From assembly GCA_051294375.1 (NCBI GenBank), contig CM119267.1, positions 10,225,458-10,289,457 of the forward strand: a stretch of 64,000 nt of DNA, in the 5' to 3' direction. Below the pieces are notes generated by a model. It was not told the origin of the DNA. It was given only the letters and a program-made list of their open reading frames with translations, and did no database searches. The stretch comes from Paraspadella gotoi (lineage: Eukaryota; Animalia; Chaetognatha). Each line of letters opens with the position of its first letter. The first letter of the stretch is position 1. Position numbers and translations under genes: made by a program. Shown piece after piece: positions 35,858 to 47,785 of the stretch.

Positions 35858-38756
35858 ATGAATTTTTATTGTATACTCTTCTGGTTAATAATATCTTTTT
35901 ATATTTGCTGTGCCAAAATTCATTTTCAACTCAACCGTTTGAGATCTTTGTCCTTTAATCACGGATGGCTTCCAGAGAAGGTGGGGGCTCTTGACGGTTT
36001 AGAATCTGAAACCTTACGCGGTGACGAAGCCAATGCTGTGTGCGACAAAGAATGCGTAAAGGTTAGTTAGATTTGGATATTTCTCTAGTTACATAGATTG
36101 TACTTATTTGCAAACCCTCAAATCAAAGAAAAGTTTTTCTATATATATTATAGTTTTTAATTGTAGAACTTATTTTTTGGCTAGTTATCTTTTATAAAAC
36201 CTTTATAAAAATCTTGATAACCAAACTTGGACTTAAGTAAATCGAATTCAAGAAAATGAAACCCAAATATACCAATAAATTATTGAAAAAGTAAAAAATC
36301 TACTGCGTAATTCACGATATTTTAATTTTCGAAAATAAAAAAGTCCCACGCATCAGCTGTGGCGTAGAATTTTGTGGATCAACATGACTCAACAGTCAAC
36401 ACTTCAAACCTACCCAACAACTATTTCTCGTTTGTAATGGGATTTCTTTTAAATAAAGCTTACGAGGATGACTATAATAATTTAATATTTTAAACTTGTA
36501 ATACTAATATAAAATTAGGCTTATATACGGTAATCCCTACATATGACATGTTTAAATTAAATTAAATTAAATTAACTCAACTCAACAGCATAAATTAACT
36601 TATTTGCCCGCTGCTGTCTAATCACCTTTCTGTAGTGTTGAACAACATTTTAATATTTAAAAAAAAAACCTAATATAAATTATCGAGTTATAATAAACCT
36701 ACCTCACTTATATTACAGTCGCAACAGTTTAATCTGCCCGGCCTTCGCAAGTTGATGACGAGTCGTCGCATTTGTACCATGCAAAACCCGCGTCCACACA
36801 TCTGGGAAGGAGGAGGGGTTGCACCTCGCGCTAGAATCGATGACACTTTCACTCGCAATTTGAGTCTCGATGACTGCGAGAAAGGAGGAAGAGATCGGGA
36901 GAAGTGCGATGATTGTGATCCCGGTAGAGAAATGTCATAAATAATTATCGGATAAAGTTTTAATAAAAAGCCCTGTATAAAAAAGATCGTAAAGTACCTT
37001 GACTATTAAAAGGATAACGTGCAGAAGCTTAATTTTTTCCGTAAATTTCACATAGTCTGCATCGATCGGGCAAAGACCTGCAAATCGCTTGTTCAAGATA
37101 TCGGCTTTTATCGTCGTCCAACGTTGACGCAAATTCCCCCTCGAGAGATCAAAGTGGTCGAGGGAGACAGCGTTCTCGTCGTTTGTGGCGCTTTAGCGAC
37201 GCCCGCGCCCATTTTCGAGTGGAAGATAAACGGCAAATGGTTGTCGATTTCGTTCGGTTTGTGTCGCCTCAGCGAGACAAAAATTATCCCCCACCATCTT
37301 CAGGCATTCCGTCGTAACATCCAACTCTTCCGGTGCTTATCACTCCTCTACTTTTGCCTTTTTCGCGTCTGTGGGCCATCGTCGTCTGGAATGTCGGGCA
37401 CAAAACGATCAAGGTTGGACGTCGTGGACTATCAGCTTTCTTCGCGTTAGTCCCGTGACCTTTCGCGCCCCGATCATGCCGCAGCGCCCATCGCCGTTTA
37501 TTTTTCGTCCCATGGCAGAATTACAGTTATGGCAATTTTTAGCCATCGGTGAGGGTAGTCCGACCCCGCGTCTAAAATGGAGCCGCCTGCCTCGGGAAGC
37601 GAAAGCTGATCATCCGCAAATTCGAACGATCCGAAACTTTTTTGACGTGGACGCGGGTTTACCGCGGGTCACTTCTTTTGCCGACGTAGAGGTGCGCTCC
37701 GACCGAGATGTCGGGTTCGTCGTGGTCGTCTCTAACGTCGCCGGATTCGCGAAGAGTTGTGTTTTTTTCGAAAATTTCGATCCCCCCGCCGAGAAGCCTC
37801 GCCGTCGGGCGGTTCCAGCGAACGTGTACGACCTCATCCTGGTCAATCACTTTTTGTTGCTCTACTCTTTAATCGGCGCGATACTAATTGGGTCCATCCA
37901 TCTCGCCGTAAAACTCATCCAGATATGGTTCGTGTGGGAGCGAAAGAACTCGAGCGTGGCAGAACTGGACGAACGTATGGACCGGCGCCGCCTCACTGTG
38001 AGAGATTTACACCGGCGTCTGGCGCCGAAGAAAGCAAAACCCCAGGGAGAAATCGAGTCGGCCGTGTACGGCTCCGAGATCCTCAGCGGAGACTCTAAGC
38101 CGTCCGGTTTCGTTCGCTCTGAACCGAAAGATCAGTCGCCTTCTATAGTCACATCTGGCGGACAGAACGTGAACAAAAACCAGAGGAGCGAGACTATTGG
38201 GCCGACAAGCGTTGAATATTCCAGAAATACAAAGAGCGGAACTGGAAATACTTTCGTGAGCGCGGGTACCAAAGTGTCTAACCAAAGCACTAAAACTAGC
38301 ATCAGAACTACTAAAACGAGCGCACAAAACACGAAAACTAGCGAACGAACCACAAAAGATTCTCAAAATTATATGGCGGACACAGAAGGTGGAGCGACAG
38401 AGGCGATAAAGACCGATAGTTTAGAATTGATTTCTTCCTGGAGTCCCGAGCTGCGACGCAAGTTCGGGGTTCGGAACTTTTTTCGTTTCTTTAGTATCGT
38501 ATGTCGAAACTTCTACGCCTTCTACCTCGCTCTTATGCTGTTCCTCATTGTCGCCGCCACCACTTTCTACTTAGTTTCCGATCCCGACTCCCCCGTCATG
38601 AAGCAGTTTTACGACGCAGTCGAATTCGGTGCCGACGAAGAACAAAAACAAGGTTTGATTTTTGTCTTTTGTTTTCAGTTTCTTCCTTACGTAGCTTTTG
38701 TTTGTGTAATCTTCTATTTCATTCTCTGCGTTGCGATTACACTATTTCGATGTTAA
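35858..38756 (+). CDS. Signal-peptide, Ig-domain multi-pass membrane protein (short form)
   Basis: Exons 35858-36061 (signal peptide), 36719-36923, 37056-37239 and 37304-38756 join in phase. Ig I-set motif (VVEGDSVLVVC..PAPIFEW..LECRAQN) plus a second Ig-like repeat, TM, T/S-rich loop, TM(s). AATAAA at 38762. Confidence 0.75.
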
Positions 38757-38988
38757 TTTTAAATAAAACTTTATTCATCACCCACCTAAGAATTAAACTA
38801 ATCCGGCGAAATGTGACGGGACCAGTTATTCGTGACAGGTGACTGTCACTGAGGGTTTGAAGACTCTTACGCTAATTGGCCAGATGCCTTGTGAGTCACA
38901 AGCAATCCCACCGTTGCCATAAAATTTAGTAGGAAATATTAAGTTAAATATTTTAAAATATGAGGAAAAATTGTATTTTCAACTGCAG

Positions 38989-41414
38989 CATCCAAAAAAG
39001 ATTTGACGGATGGTCTTTTTCCAATTCTAAAACTTCGGAAGCACTACCAAGAGCGACTAGCTTCCGGCAAAGCCAATCAAGATTCAGAAAGGCTCGTTCT
39101 TAAATTCACTCTGCTGACTTCGGAAAATCGAAAGTGGATCACTTCTCAACTCGAAAACCGCCTTTTGCTGCGTGGTCTCTTGGTAGAAGCCGACTACCAC
39201 GCCCCTTGTGGTAAACACGTCCTCGTACTTCTTCCAGTCAGTCACGCTTCTAATGAGCACCAGAGCGTTTGTGACGCCGCTTCCGAAATGATCTTTTCCA
39301 TCTTGGAAGAGTCGGTTGTATCGTTTACCCGATTTTCATCTTGCTCCCTCGAACCGACTCTGGAAGCTCGAAAGGGGCAGTTTTGTCATTTGCCGAACGG
39401 CGACGCATGCGGAGACCGCGCTCGTTGTTGGGACCTCATTTATGACTCTTGCTGCACGTGCTCCCCGGGATACGCGGGACCCGACTGCGTCCCCGAGGAT
39501 CCCTGCTCGTCGCACGTTTGTCTCAATGGAGGAAGATGCGTACCGAACCCCGAGTCGAGTCGTGGCTACGTGTGCGACTGTTTGGCCACCGAGTTCGATG
39601 GAGAACTCTGCCAGAAGCCTTTCTTCGTCTGCGACTTTCATCGTTGCGAAAACTTTGGAGAGTGCGAGCCAGACCGGTCCGATCCCCGAGGCTACCGCTG
39701 TCACTGCACACCCGGGCAGTATGGCCGCGATTGTACATTTACTTACAAAAGCACGGATGTGAAGCCGCCGCGAATCGAAGCTGATTGCGCCAAAAGCAAC
39801 TGCCTCCATGGAGGCACTTGTGTTTTGGACAAGGACAAGGTTCGCATATATTAAATTGATTAAATAAAAGGAAGTATTTATTCAAGAAATGTTTAACCGT
39901 AATACGTTATTAAAAAGTTTATTAGGGTAATTGAATTTACAGATGACAGGAACAACTTCAATTTGATCTCATATTTTATTATATTATGAAATTGGTACAA
40001 CCGTTATATAAAAATTATCCATTAATTTAATAAATAAGCTATCTTGTCCCTAACTTTGGACAGGCTTTGGTGGTTTAATCATAATCTGATATTTTTTTCT
40101 TTTCGCGAACCCCAAAGAACTTGGCTGGATATTATTGTAATTGCCACGGAACCGGATATTTCGGGGATTTTTGTCAATTTCCGGACAAAAAGAGGAACGT
40201 GAAGTCAATGGGGACAGTTTACAGCGCGTCTTCATTGAGTGTTGCAAACAATCCTTACGCCAACCCTGATCAAGTTGCGGCTGTCAAGGATTACGCTGAA
40301 GTTCTCAAGGTTGTTATTGTCAAACTTAATTGTTAAACTTAATTTTATTTTTTTCCCACTCACAAGAATCTTACATACTGCGCTGCCGACAATGAATAGG
40401 AAAAATTCATCACATAATAATAAATAAATTATAAGACTTATTATAAGACTTATCTGATTTATTTTGAAGGTGGAACTCGCAAAGGAACAAGATCAACGGA
40501 GATGGGACGAAGCTTGTCCTCGTTACGACGAGAATTTCTTTCAAGTTTACACTGAAGATCTTCTAAGCGCGGACCTGTCAAGTTGCGAATTAAAGCCGCG
40601 AAATACCGTCAACATGGACGTAGAGCGTTTAGAATTTCGCGCTGATGACGACGAAACCGGCTGGCGCTCGGGTTTTGGGATGCCACAATGGATAGGCGTC
40701 GAACTCCTTGACGACATTTTGTTGCAACGCGTTTCTTTCAAGCTGCTGGCTTCGCCAGGCGGCGACTACATGGCGCCCGGTTTGTGGGCGTTACAGGGCA
40801 CTAACGATCCTTCACCAAGATGGTCAGAGAAACGCTGGACCACCCTTGGGATCTATAAGAATCGACTTATCAATAAGCACCTAACCACTAGAGAATTAAT
40901 GTACTCCTTCATGGCATCCAAATATTTCCGACCCATGCGCACGGGGCGCTTTCACATCTACCGGTTGGCGTTACTCTCGACGGCCGAAGACGCTCCCGTC
41001 AACGAGCTGGTCGACTTGTCTTTAGCAAACGCATTTTCTAACATGAACATCGATCCCTCGAAATTCTCGAGCGAACGAGTTCCCCCGGCTGTCATTCTGT
41101 CAGCTTTGGAACTGAGCGACAATTTGATGGAAATGGCTGGTCAACCGCCCCGAAAGGTGGGATCATTCAAACGTTCGCCGGACATGAAGTTGCCCTCACT
41201 GAGAGAGAGCTTGATGACCAACTGTTTCGTCGAAGGACAAGATAGCATTAGGGGGAAAGAATCCGATAAACCAGCGACGATAGGAATCAGTAGATATAGC
41301 CACTCTTTTGATCACTGCCTTTTCCACGAGCTCAATTGGCCCCAGGATTGTGATAGGGAAAATTTAACGGCTTTGACTCGACCAAAAAACGGGGCTTTTT
41401 ATTTAATGACTTAA
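38989..41414 (+). CDS. EGF-repeat + discoidin/galactose-binding-like exons (probably 3' exons of the Ig gene)
   Basis: Four EGF-like repeats (e.g. CLNGGRC..YVCDC, CENFGEC..YRCHCTPGQYGRDC). Exons 38989-39839, 40118-40309, 40470-41414. C-terminal WRS..PQWIGVEL..WALQGTND. No ATG before the acceptor at 38988. Confidence 0.75.
39985..40080 (+). repeat. Dispersed repeat, second copy at about 45593-45699
   Basis: atgaaattggtacaacc...aagctatcttg...tttggacaggctttggtggtttaa is present at both loci. Confidence 0.8.
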
Positions 41415-41560
41415 TTTGTAGCTGAAATTCATCTACTGGTACAATATAACCGAAATTTGTTTTTCAATTTTGTATTTCTGGAAGAGTGACTTGTTTTTAG
41501 GACAAAAAAATACTTTTAATAAGCTAAATCACAAAAACTTTAAAATATTACTAATTCACG

Positions 41561-43295
41561 TCATAACTGCGCTAAACTTGGGCTTCGATCCGAATCGGAT
41601 TTATTGATCATAAACGATGGTTTTCGCCAGCTGAGACGTCGTAGCAACAGAGTCGCATTTTCCTTTCCGCTTAATTCCATACGCTTCTTCATCGCTTTGG
41701 CGTAAATTGCTCTCTCCCTCCGATCGAGAGTTCCGATCTTTTCCCCGTCAACCATTTTCACGTCGAACGCTTTAAACTTTCCAAATACTGCCTCCAACCG
41801 ACGATCAAGAATGACGAGAGGTTTAGCGTGGTGGAGTGCGTTGGATGCGTCGTTGTCGACCAATTCTATTTTTCCGGCTGGACTATCGAAGACGGCGAGA
41901 AAGGCGATTGATTCGGCGGCGTTACGTCGCAACGCCACTTCACCGTCGCCTCTGAGAAGCACGAAATTTCCGGCGTCGGCGGCGGCGTTGTCCTCGGCTA
42001 CGACACGAGCCTCGCTCTTGAGTGCAGCTACGCAAGTTTCGAATCGCTTGAAGCTGCAGCCCGTTACGTCAAGGCGACTTTCGGCGGCGATGGCGACGAA
42101 GAGGTTAGAGTCACGATCTGGTCGCTCTTTGACGGGCGTCCAATCGCCCTCAAAGTCGGAGTCAATAAAGGTTGCAGCGGCGTCGAACCCGACGACGAAA
42201 TCTCGACCACGAAAGAAACGCGAGCCGCGGACGTCTACGCGCGATCCCGCGCCAACGCTGGATCCAAGATGACCCGACATCCGTGACACGACGCAGCCCG
42301 ATATCTCCACGGAGGCACCGTTTGAGGCGGAGAAAGCCTCGTTAGACAAGGAAAATTCGCAGTCTTGAAGGAATGCCGATGAGGAGGCCCCGGAAACATG
42401 GACGCATCCGTGGCCTGGTCCAGTAACGCGGCAGTTGAGCATTTCAAAGCGGGCGCCGTCTGTGACGAGGAAAGTAGGAAACCCGTCCGTCGACAAATTA
42501 CGGATGTTGAGTCTGTCATTGAAAAAAATTGTTAATTCTCTGGAATTAAAGAAAATTATTGCAAGAATCATCATTCATCAATCGGACAAACCTCAATAGC
42601 AAGACTTGCCATTACGAATATCTGTTTTTATTTATTTTTAAATTATCTGTGTTATTATTACACATTCATATTGACTTAACTCACAATGTTATTGTTCTTT
42701 TACATGATTAATTGATTAGATATAGGATTCATAGTTTAGTATACAAAATTGCAGTCTTCAACTACAGTAAAATATGTTAAAACTTTCGATGTGGAATAAT
42801 AACCTCAGCATATAAAGATGACCAAAGGCTTTTGATACTTATATTGATAATTCACTCACACTATTTATGAACCACGGCACATAAAAATTACCCTTCGAGC
42901 GATAATAAAGGGGCCGCCACTATCTGCTGACTTTCGTTGCTGTAGACGATCTCGATTTCGCCGGGGACGAGGGCAGCGATTTTTATCCGAAGATTTGAGG
43001 GAAATCTTTTGGGAAAAGTAAGGTCGTCTTCATAAACGCCGGTGTGGACGCGAATCTCGTAATCCACGATATTTGGCGCGTTCTCCTCCAGAATGTCAGC
43101 ACGAATTTTGCGTCGAACGGCGTCAAACCAGGCGGCATGGACGGCCTGTTTGATACTACGATGACGACTTACTTCACCACGGGGATCCACCTCCAAAATT
43201 TGCGTCGCGGACGCGAGTACAGACATGGTTTTGAATAAGGATGTTACTGCAGAGATAGATTCGCGTAAACACGAGAATAAATTATTTTTTGGCAA
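41561..43295 (-). CDS. Right-handed parallel beta-helix (pectin lyase-like) protein, 2 exons
   Basis: N-terminal cap HRSIKQAVHAA..IRVHTGVYED, then repeated coils (MLNCRV, LQDCEF, ISGCVV, VRGSRF, VTGCSF). Intron at about 42514-42891. Confidence 0.7.
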
Positions 43296-43840
43296 GGAGT
43301 GAAGAAACGGTTAGCGAAAATTCTGAGCGCATGGTACAAGCTTGAAATAACGAGCTGTTTTTGACAGAGAAACAAGAAACGAGTGAAAGACCAAGATTGT
43401 TTACGACTCGAAGACGAACGACGACCAAAATGACGACGACGGCAGCGAAAAAAAATCTCGAGTATGAATGAATCTCGAAATGCGGCTTCAGCGTGGGCCG
43501 GGAACAAAAGGATCGGGTCACTGGGCCATCGATCCAGATTCCCTTTCACTCGAGAGAGAAAAAAACTGACGATTATGGCGAACGACGATAATGACGACGA
43601 TAATCAGCGGAGAGCGTGGACGGCCGAGAGACGTGTCCTCAAAAGTCCGCGACATGACGAGTATGAATGAAGAAAAGGTCTAATTGATGGGTGGCCTCCG
43701 GGTTAAGGTTCTCCGAATCACGTGTTAAGACTAAGCTTAGAGAAATCCTCTTAACTACGAAATGGAGGTTCAATGAAATAGCGATATTAAAATGCGAGAT
43801 TTTCTCGGTTTACGATTATTACTTCCATATAAGGGTCGAC

Positions 43841-44644
43841 CTATTGTTGATTTAACTGAAATTCCTTGTCCGTCAACGCGACGAAAATGACTCCCATTAT
43901 TCCCCTTTGTCTAACTTTTCCCCCAGCGTCCTTGTCGACGCAAATCAAAGTATGATTTGCTTCGTCTTTTTCCACTTCCTTCCAGGTAGCCCTCGGTCCT
44001 ACGGGGCATAGCATCCTACCCCCCGGCGCTAATTGTTGTAGCAGCGCTTCCGGGAGTTCTTCGGCGGCAGCTCCAACGTGTATAGCGTTATAGGGGGCGC
44101 CAGGCGCAAAGCCGAGACGTCCATCACCGACGACGAGGGTGACGGGTCCGCTACCCCTCGCTCCGCTGTGGAATTCTTCCCATGTCGTTACAACACTTTC
44201 GTTACACAACAGTGCGGGATCGTCTTTGATTAACTTTTCCCAAGCGTCGTCGACCAAATCTGGGATGTGCTCGACGCCAACCACGGCTCCCTCGCAGCCC
44301 ACCAGACGTCCCATGCAGGCTGTCAAGTAACCGGAACCGCTCCCGACGTCAAGGGCCCGCTGGCCTGGCTGTAAATGGGGTTCGAGAAGTTCTAATGCTC
44401 GTGCATGCATTCTTGGGGCGCTGATCGTCGCGCGATGACCAATGCCGAGAGCTCGGTCCCAATAACTCAACGTTTTGAATCCAAGAGATTTGGAAATTCG
44501 CGAGGATTTCGAAGAGGGCGACGACGATACGTAAATGGCGCGGTCGGTGGCTAAAAGTACTTCCCGAACGCGAGGATTTCGGACGTCGCCTTTTGATTCT
44601 AAAAGGCGCACGAGGTCTTCCTGGGATTGCGGGTTGCGACTCAT
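43841..44644 (-). CDS. PCMT1: Protein-L-isoaspartate O-methyltransferase, intronless
   Basis: IGHRATISAPRMHARALELL, ALDVGSGSGYLTAC, VGVEHI, VGDGRLG, APYNAIHVGAAA, QLAPGGRMLCPVG. Confidence 0.93.
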   Translation of the reverse strand: MSRNPQSQEDLVRLLESKGDVRNPRVREVLLATDRAIYVSSSPSSKSSRISKSLGFKTLSYWDRALGIGHRATISAPRMHARALELLEPHLQPGQRALDVGSGSGYLTACMGRLVGCEGAVVGVEHIPDLVDDAWEKLIKDDPALLCNESVVTTWEEFHSGARGSGPVTLVVGDGRLGFAPGAPYNAIHVGAAAEELPEALLQQLAPGGRMLCPVGPRATWKEVEKDEANHTLICVDKDAGGKVRQRGIMGVIFVALTDKEFQLNQQ

Positions 44645-45696
44645 TTCCGTACAAAGAATTTTCCGCGGTCGAAACGACCCAGGACGAGCAGTTTGCTTCA
44701 CGTCATCGTCGAAGCTTCGACTTGGAGTCTGTCGAAGGTCGACGAAAGATATCGCGCGTCTTTTGTTTTAAATTTCACGGTCCCGAGTTAGTTAACTAGT
44801 ATTATTAACGCCAGTAGTAACGCCAGAGAGCGAAATATTAGTATTATTAATATAATATTATATTATGATTTGAAGGGTTATATGGAGTAGAATAAACTAT
44901 CCTTTCTTTTCTTAAATACTTGATTACTTAAAAGAAGAAGTCAATGGTAGTTTTCGTATATTCTCAGATCGGAAGATGTGGAATGACGTCAATATTGACA
45001 ATATTTGTAAATACTAAGTATCGTTAAAAAACTATCGTTATCGCGGAGAAAAGTTAAAAAAAGTATCAAAATTTTCTTCTTTTTTTTCAACATGATTTCT
45101 TTTATTATTTTCGCCAGTTCTGACTGCCGCTTACAAATTTATAAATCCGGTAACTATTTTTTTCTTTTTAACTTAAAGCCATAGGCATAGCCGATGAAAT
45201 TTAAATGCTAATGTATACAACGTTAAAATAATCTATCATGACCATAGGTTATGGTATTAAAATATTTTTTGTCAAAAATGCTTTTTTCTGAGGGTACTAG
45301 CCTAATTAAAAATATTATATTTTTTTTTGGAATCTTCGTTTGAGCATGTACTCACTCTAAATTTTTGACTCACCCCATTGAGTGCGCCTCGAACGTACCT
45401 CGTACTTTTTTTAAAATCGGCTAATAAACAAATGATTTTTCGCTTCTGAAGTTTTTATTCGTTACCTAATTCCGATCGAATAAAAAAAAAATTAAATTTA
45501 AAAAAAAATCTATTTCCGTTTTTTGGTAAAGTTTTTGATCTTATAATTCATCATAATTTTTAGAATGAGAAAATGCTTTTTTGAAAATGTATATGAAATT
45601 GGTACAACCAATATAAAAAAAAATATTCATTCATTTCATAATTAAGCTATCTTGCCCATGACTTTGGTCCAAAGTTTGGACAGGCTTTGGTGGTTT

Positions 45697-45800
45697 AAGG
45701 CCTTCATCACTCTTTCAAGATAATAGCAGGTCTCTGCAAGCTTTTAATGAAGACTCTCTCACAGTCTCGTTTATACAGAGTAGCTGGCTTCCCTATCAAG
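45697..45800 (+). repeat. Dispersed repeat, second copy at about 61092-61192
   Basis: aggcctYcatc..ctgcaagctt..aagactctctcacagt..tggcttccct is shared by both loci. Confidence 0.7.
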
Positions 45801-46460
45801 GAAGTCGTATAATGTTTCAAAGAATATTTACAATACACATGTATAGATGTAAATGGTTCATCGCTTTAGCTAATTACCCAACCTGTTAAATGGGGCTTTC
45901 TCCTAAAACGAAATACAAATGATTATAAATGGACATCTTTGTAAGTAGCTATGCCTATATTTAATATTAATTACTTTAGTTACTATACTTACTATGGTCA
46001 TGGTAAAAAACAATCATAATTATAACAAAAGTAAACCGGAAGCGCAGAGACGACCGCCGCCAAGAAGATCTGGCAAAACGCTGCGTCGTTAGGAGCGCCG
46101 AAGAGAAAACCGAGCGGCGGCACCAAATCCAAACAAAGAGCGAGCCCCTGGCGCCGCGCCTTTACCGGACAGTGAACGAATGAGAGGTGGCCTGAATCCC
46201 AGCGAAGAGAGACAATCTCTGAAGGCGATGGGCCGAGAAAAAGCGAGCGTTTGAATAAGGATCTTTTTTCTCGTTTACCTTTTGACCACAGCTAATGACT
46301 CGAATTTTCTATTCATGTTGTTTTTCTCCTTTCCTTTACAGAAAAAAAAGCTTTTAAGTTAAGTTAAAAAATTTGTATAGAATGTTCATTTAGGAGTTTC
46401 AAATTGTAAGAAGTAAAATACTAAAAATAAAAACCTTCTTTGCCTGTTCTGAACACTACT

Positions 46461-47155
46461 ATGAAATTCATGGTGCTTCTTTTACTTCTGATGGCAGCTT
46501 TAGCCCTAGGTAATTCAAAAATTTAAAAAGTTTAATAGTTATAATCGCTTAATGATTTTCATGTTACAGGGGAAGACAACATAATCATTAACAAACGAAT
46601 CCTTAAAGAAGGTGAATGACAAAGGAAATTTTTTTATCGTTGCAAAGAATTGTGACGATGAAGCTTTGAATGTATGTATGTAGTCGTCGTTGTCGTACTT
46701 TAAAAATTATTCTTGTTCTTCATTCTTTCTATCGTTGTCTCTTCTCCCGTTCATTTGTTCATTCCTCACAGTATTTTTCTCGTTCTCTTTCTCTCGTTTT
46801 TTCTTTCGTTCTTTTTATCGTTTTATCTCGTATGTTTTTTTTGATAAAAAACATGGTTTGACCCGTGTCCAGTTTTTTCGACGATGTCACGATCCCTCTT
46901 CATTACATTTTTTAAAATTTTAATTTTAAAATGATATCGCCGACCAAAAATCTTGGGAAAATTATTAAAACATATGATATAAATTTTTAATAAGCGTATA
47001 CCTAACCAGGTTGGCACCAATGCGCCCAAATGCGCAGTGCGAAGTGTCTTGGACCTGGCAAACGATGTACACAAACATTTGACTGCTGCTGCCCGACAGT
47101 TTGTATAACTGGGTGGTTTGTTTGTGGTCTGTCTTACAGCAACTACCAATTTTAA
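46461..47155 (+). CDS. Secreted 8-Cys inhibitor-cystine-knot (toxin-like) prepropeptide, 78 aa, 3 exons
   Basis: Exons 46461-46509, 46570-46611 and 47010-47155 (both introns phase 1, GT-AG) give MKFMVLLLLLMAALALGEDNIIINKRILKEGWHQCAQMRSAKCLGPGKRCTQTFDCCCPTVCITGWFVCGLSYSNYQF*. Confidence 0.8.
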
Positions 47156-47785
47156 TGTTCCTTGGATTAAATATTCATTTTGCGACTATTTTGTATTTAT
47201 TTCGCGCTATTTATCTTGTCCGCGCTTAACCTGGACATAGAGTAGAGTAGTAGTAAACAATGATAATGAAAAAAGTACGAAAAGTCAAAAAACTTTAATT
47301 ATAATAAAGAACAGGAAAATTCCTGATTAAATTTATGTTTCATTTGAATCCTCCGGATCAACTGGCAAATATTTGCAGTAAAACTTTTTCAATTTCGCCT
47401 CCGTTGCTCCATCGGAAGTAACACTTAGTCCCTCGACGGCCCAATGATGACTCTCGCAAACTCTTCATTTGAGCTTTGAGGTGCGTCCTCTGGTCCGTCG
47501 ATGCGCAGTATCTTTACCGGGAAGCGGCGGACCGGGACGTTGAACTCGGATCGCGATCCGATGTCGCTCGCTGCCTGGCAAACCCCGTCTCCGGCTCCCT
47601 CGGACGGCATCTCCGGCGTGTGACCGCAACCACAGTGAGGGCTTGGCGGGAACACCTAAGAAGGATGGTTACACCATACTTTGAGTTTTAAGTTTCATCC
47701 CTAAAACTCACTTGGCACAGCTCTTTTTTCATTTATTCATTTCTAATTCAGCTAGTCCTCCCCAAAAAGAATTCTGGCTGAGCCC

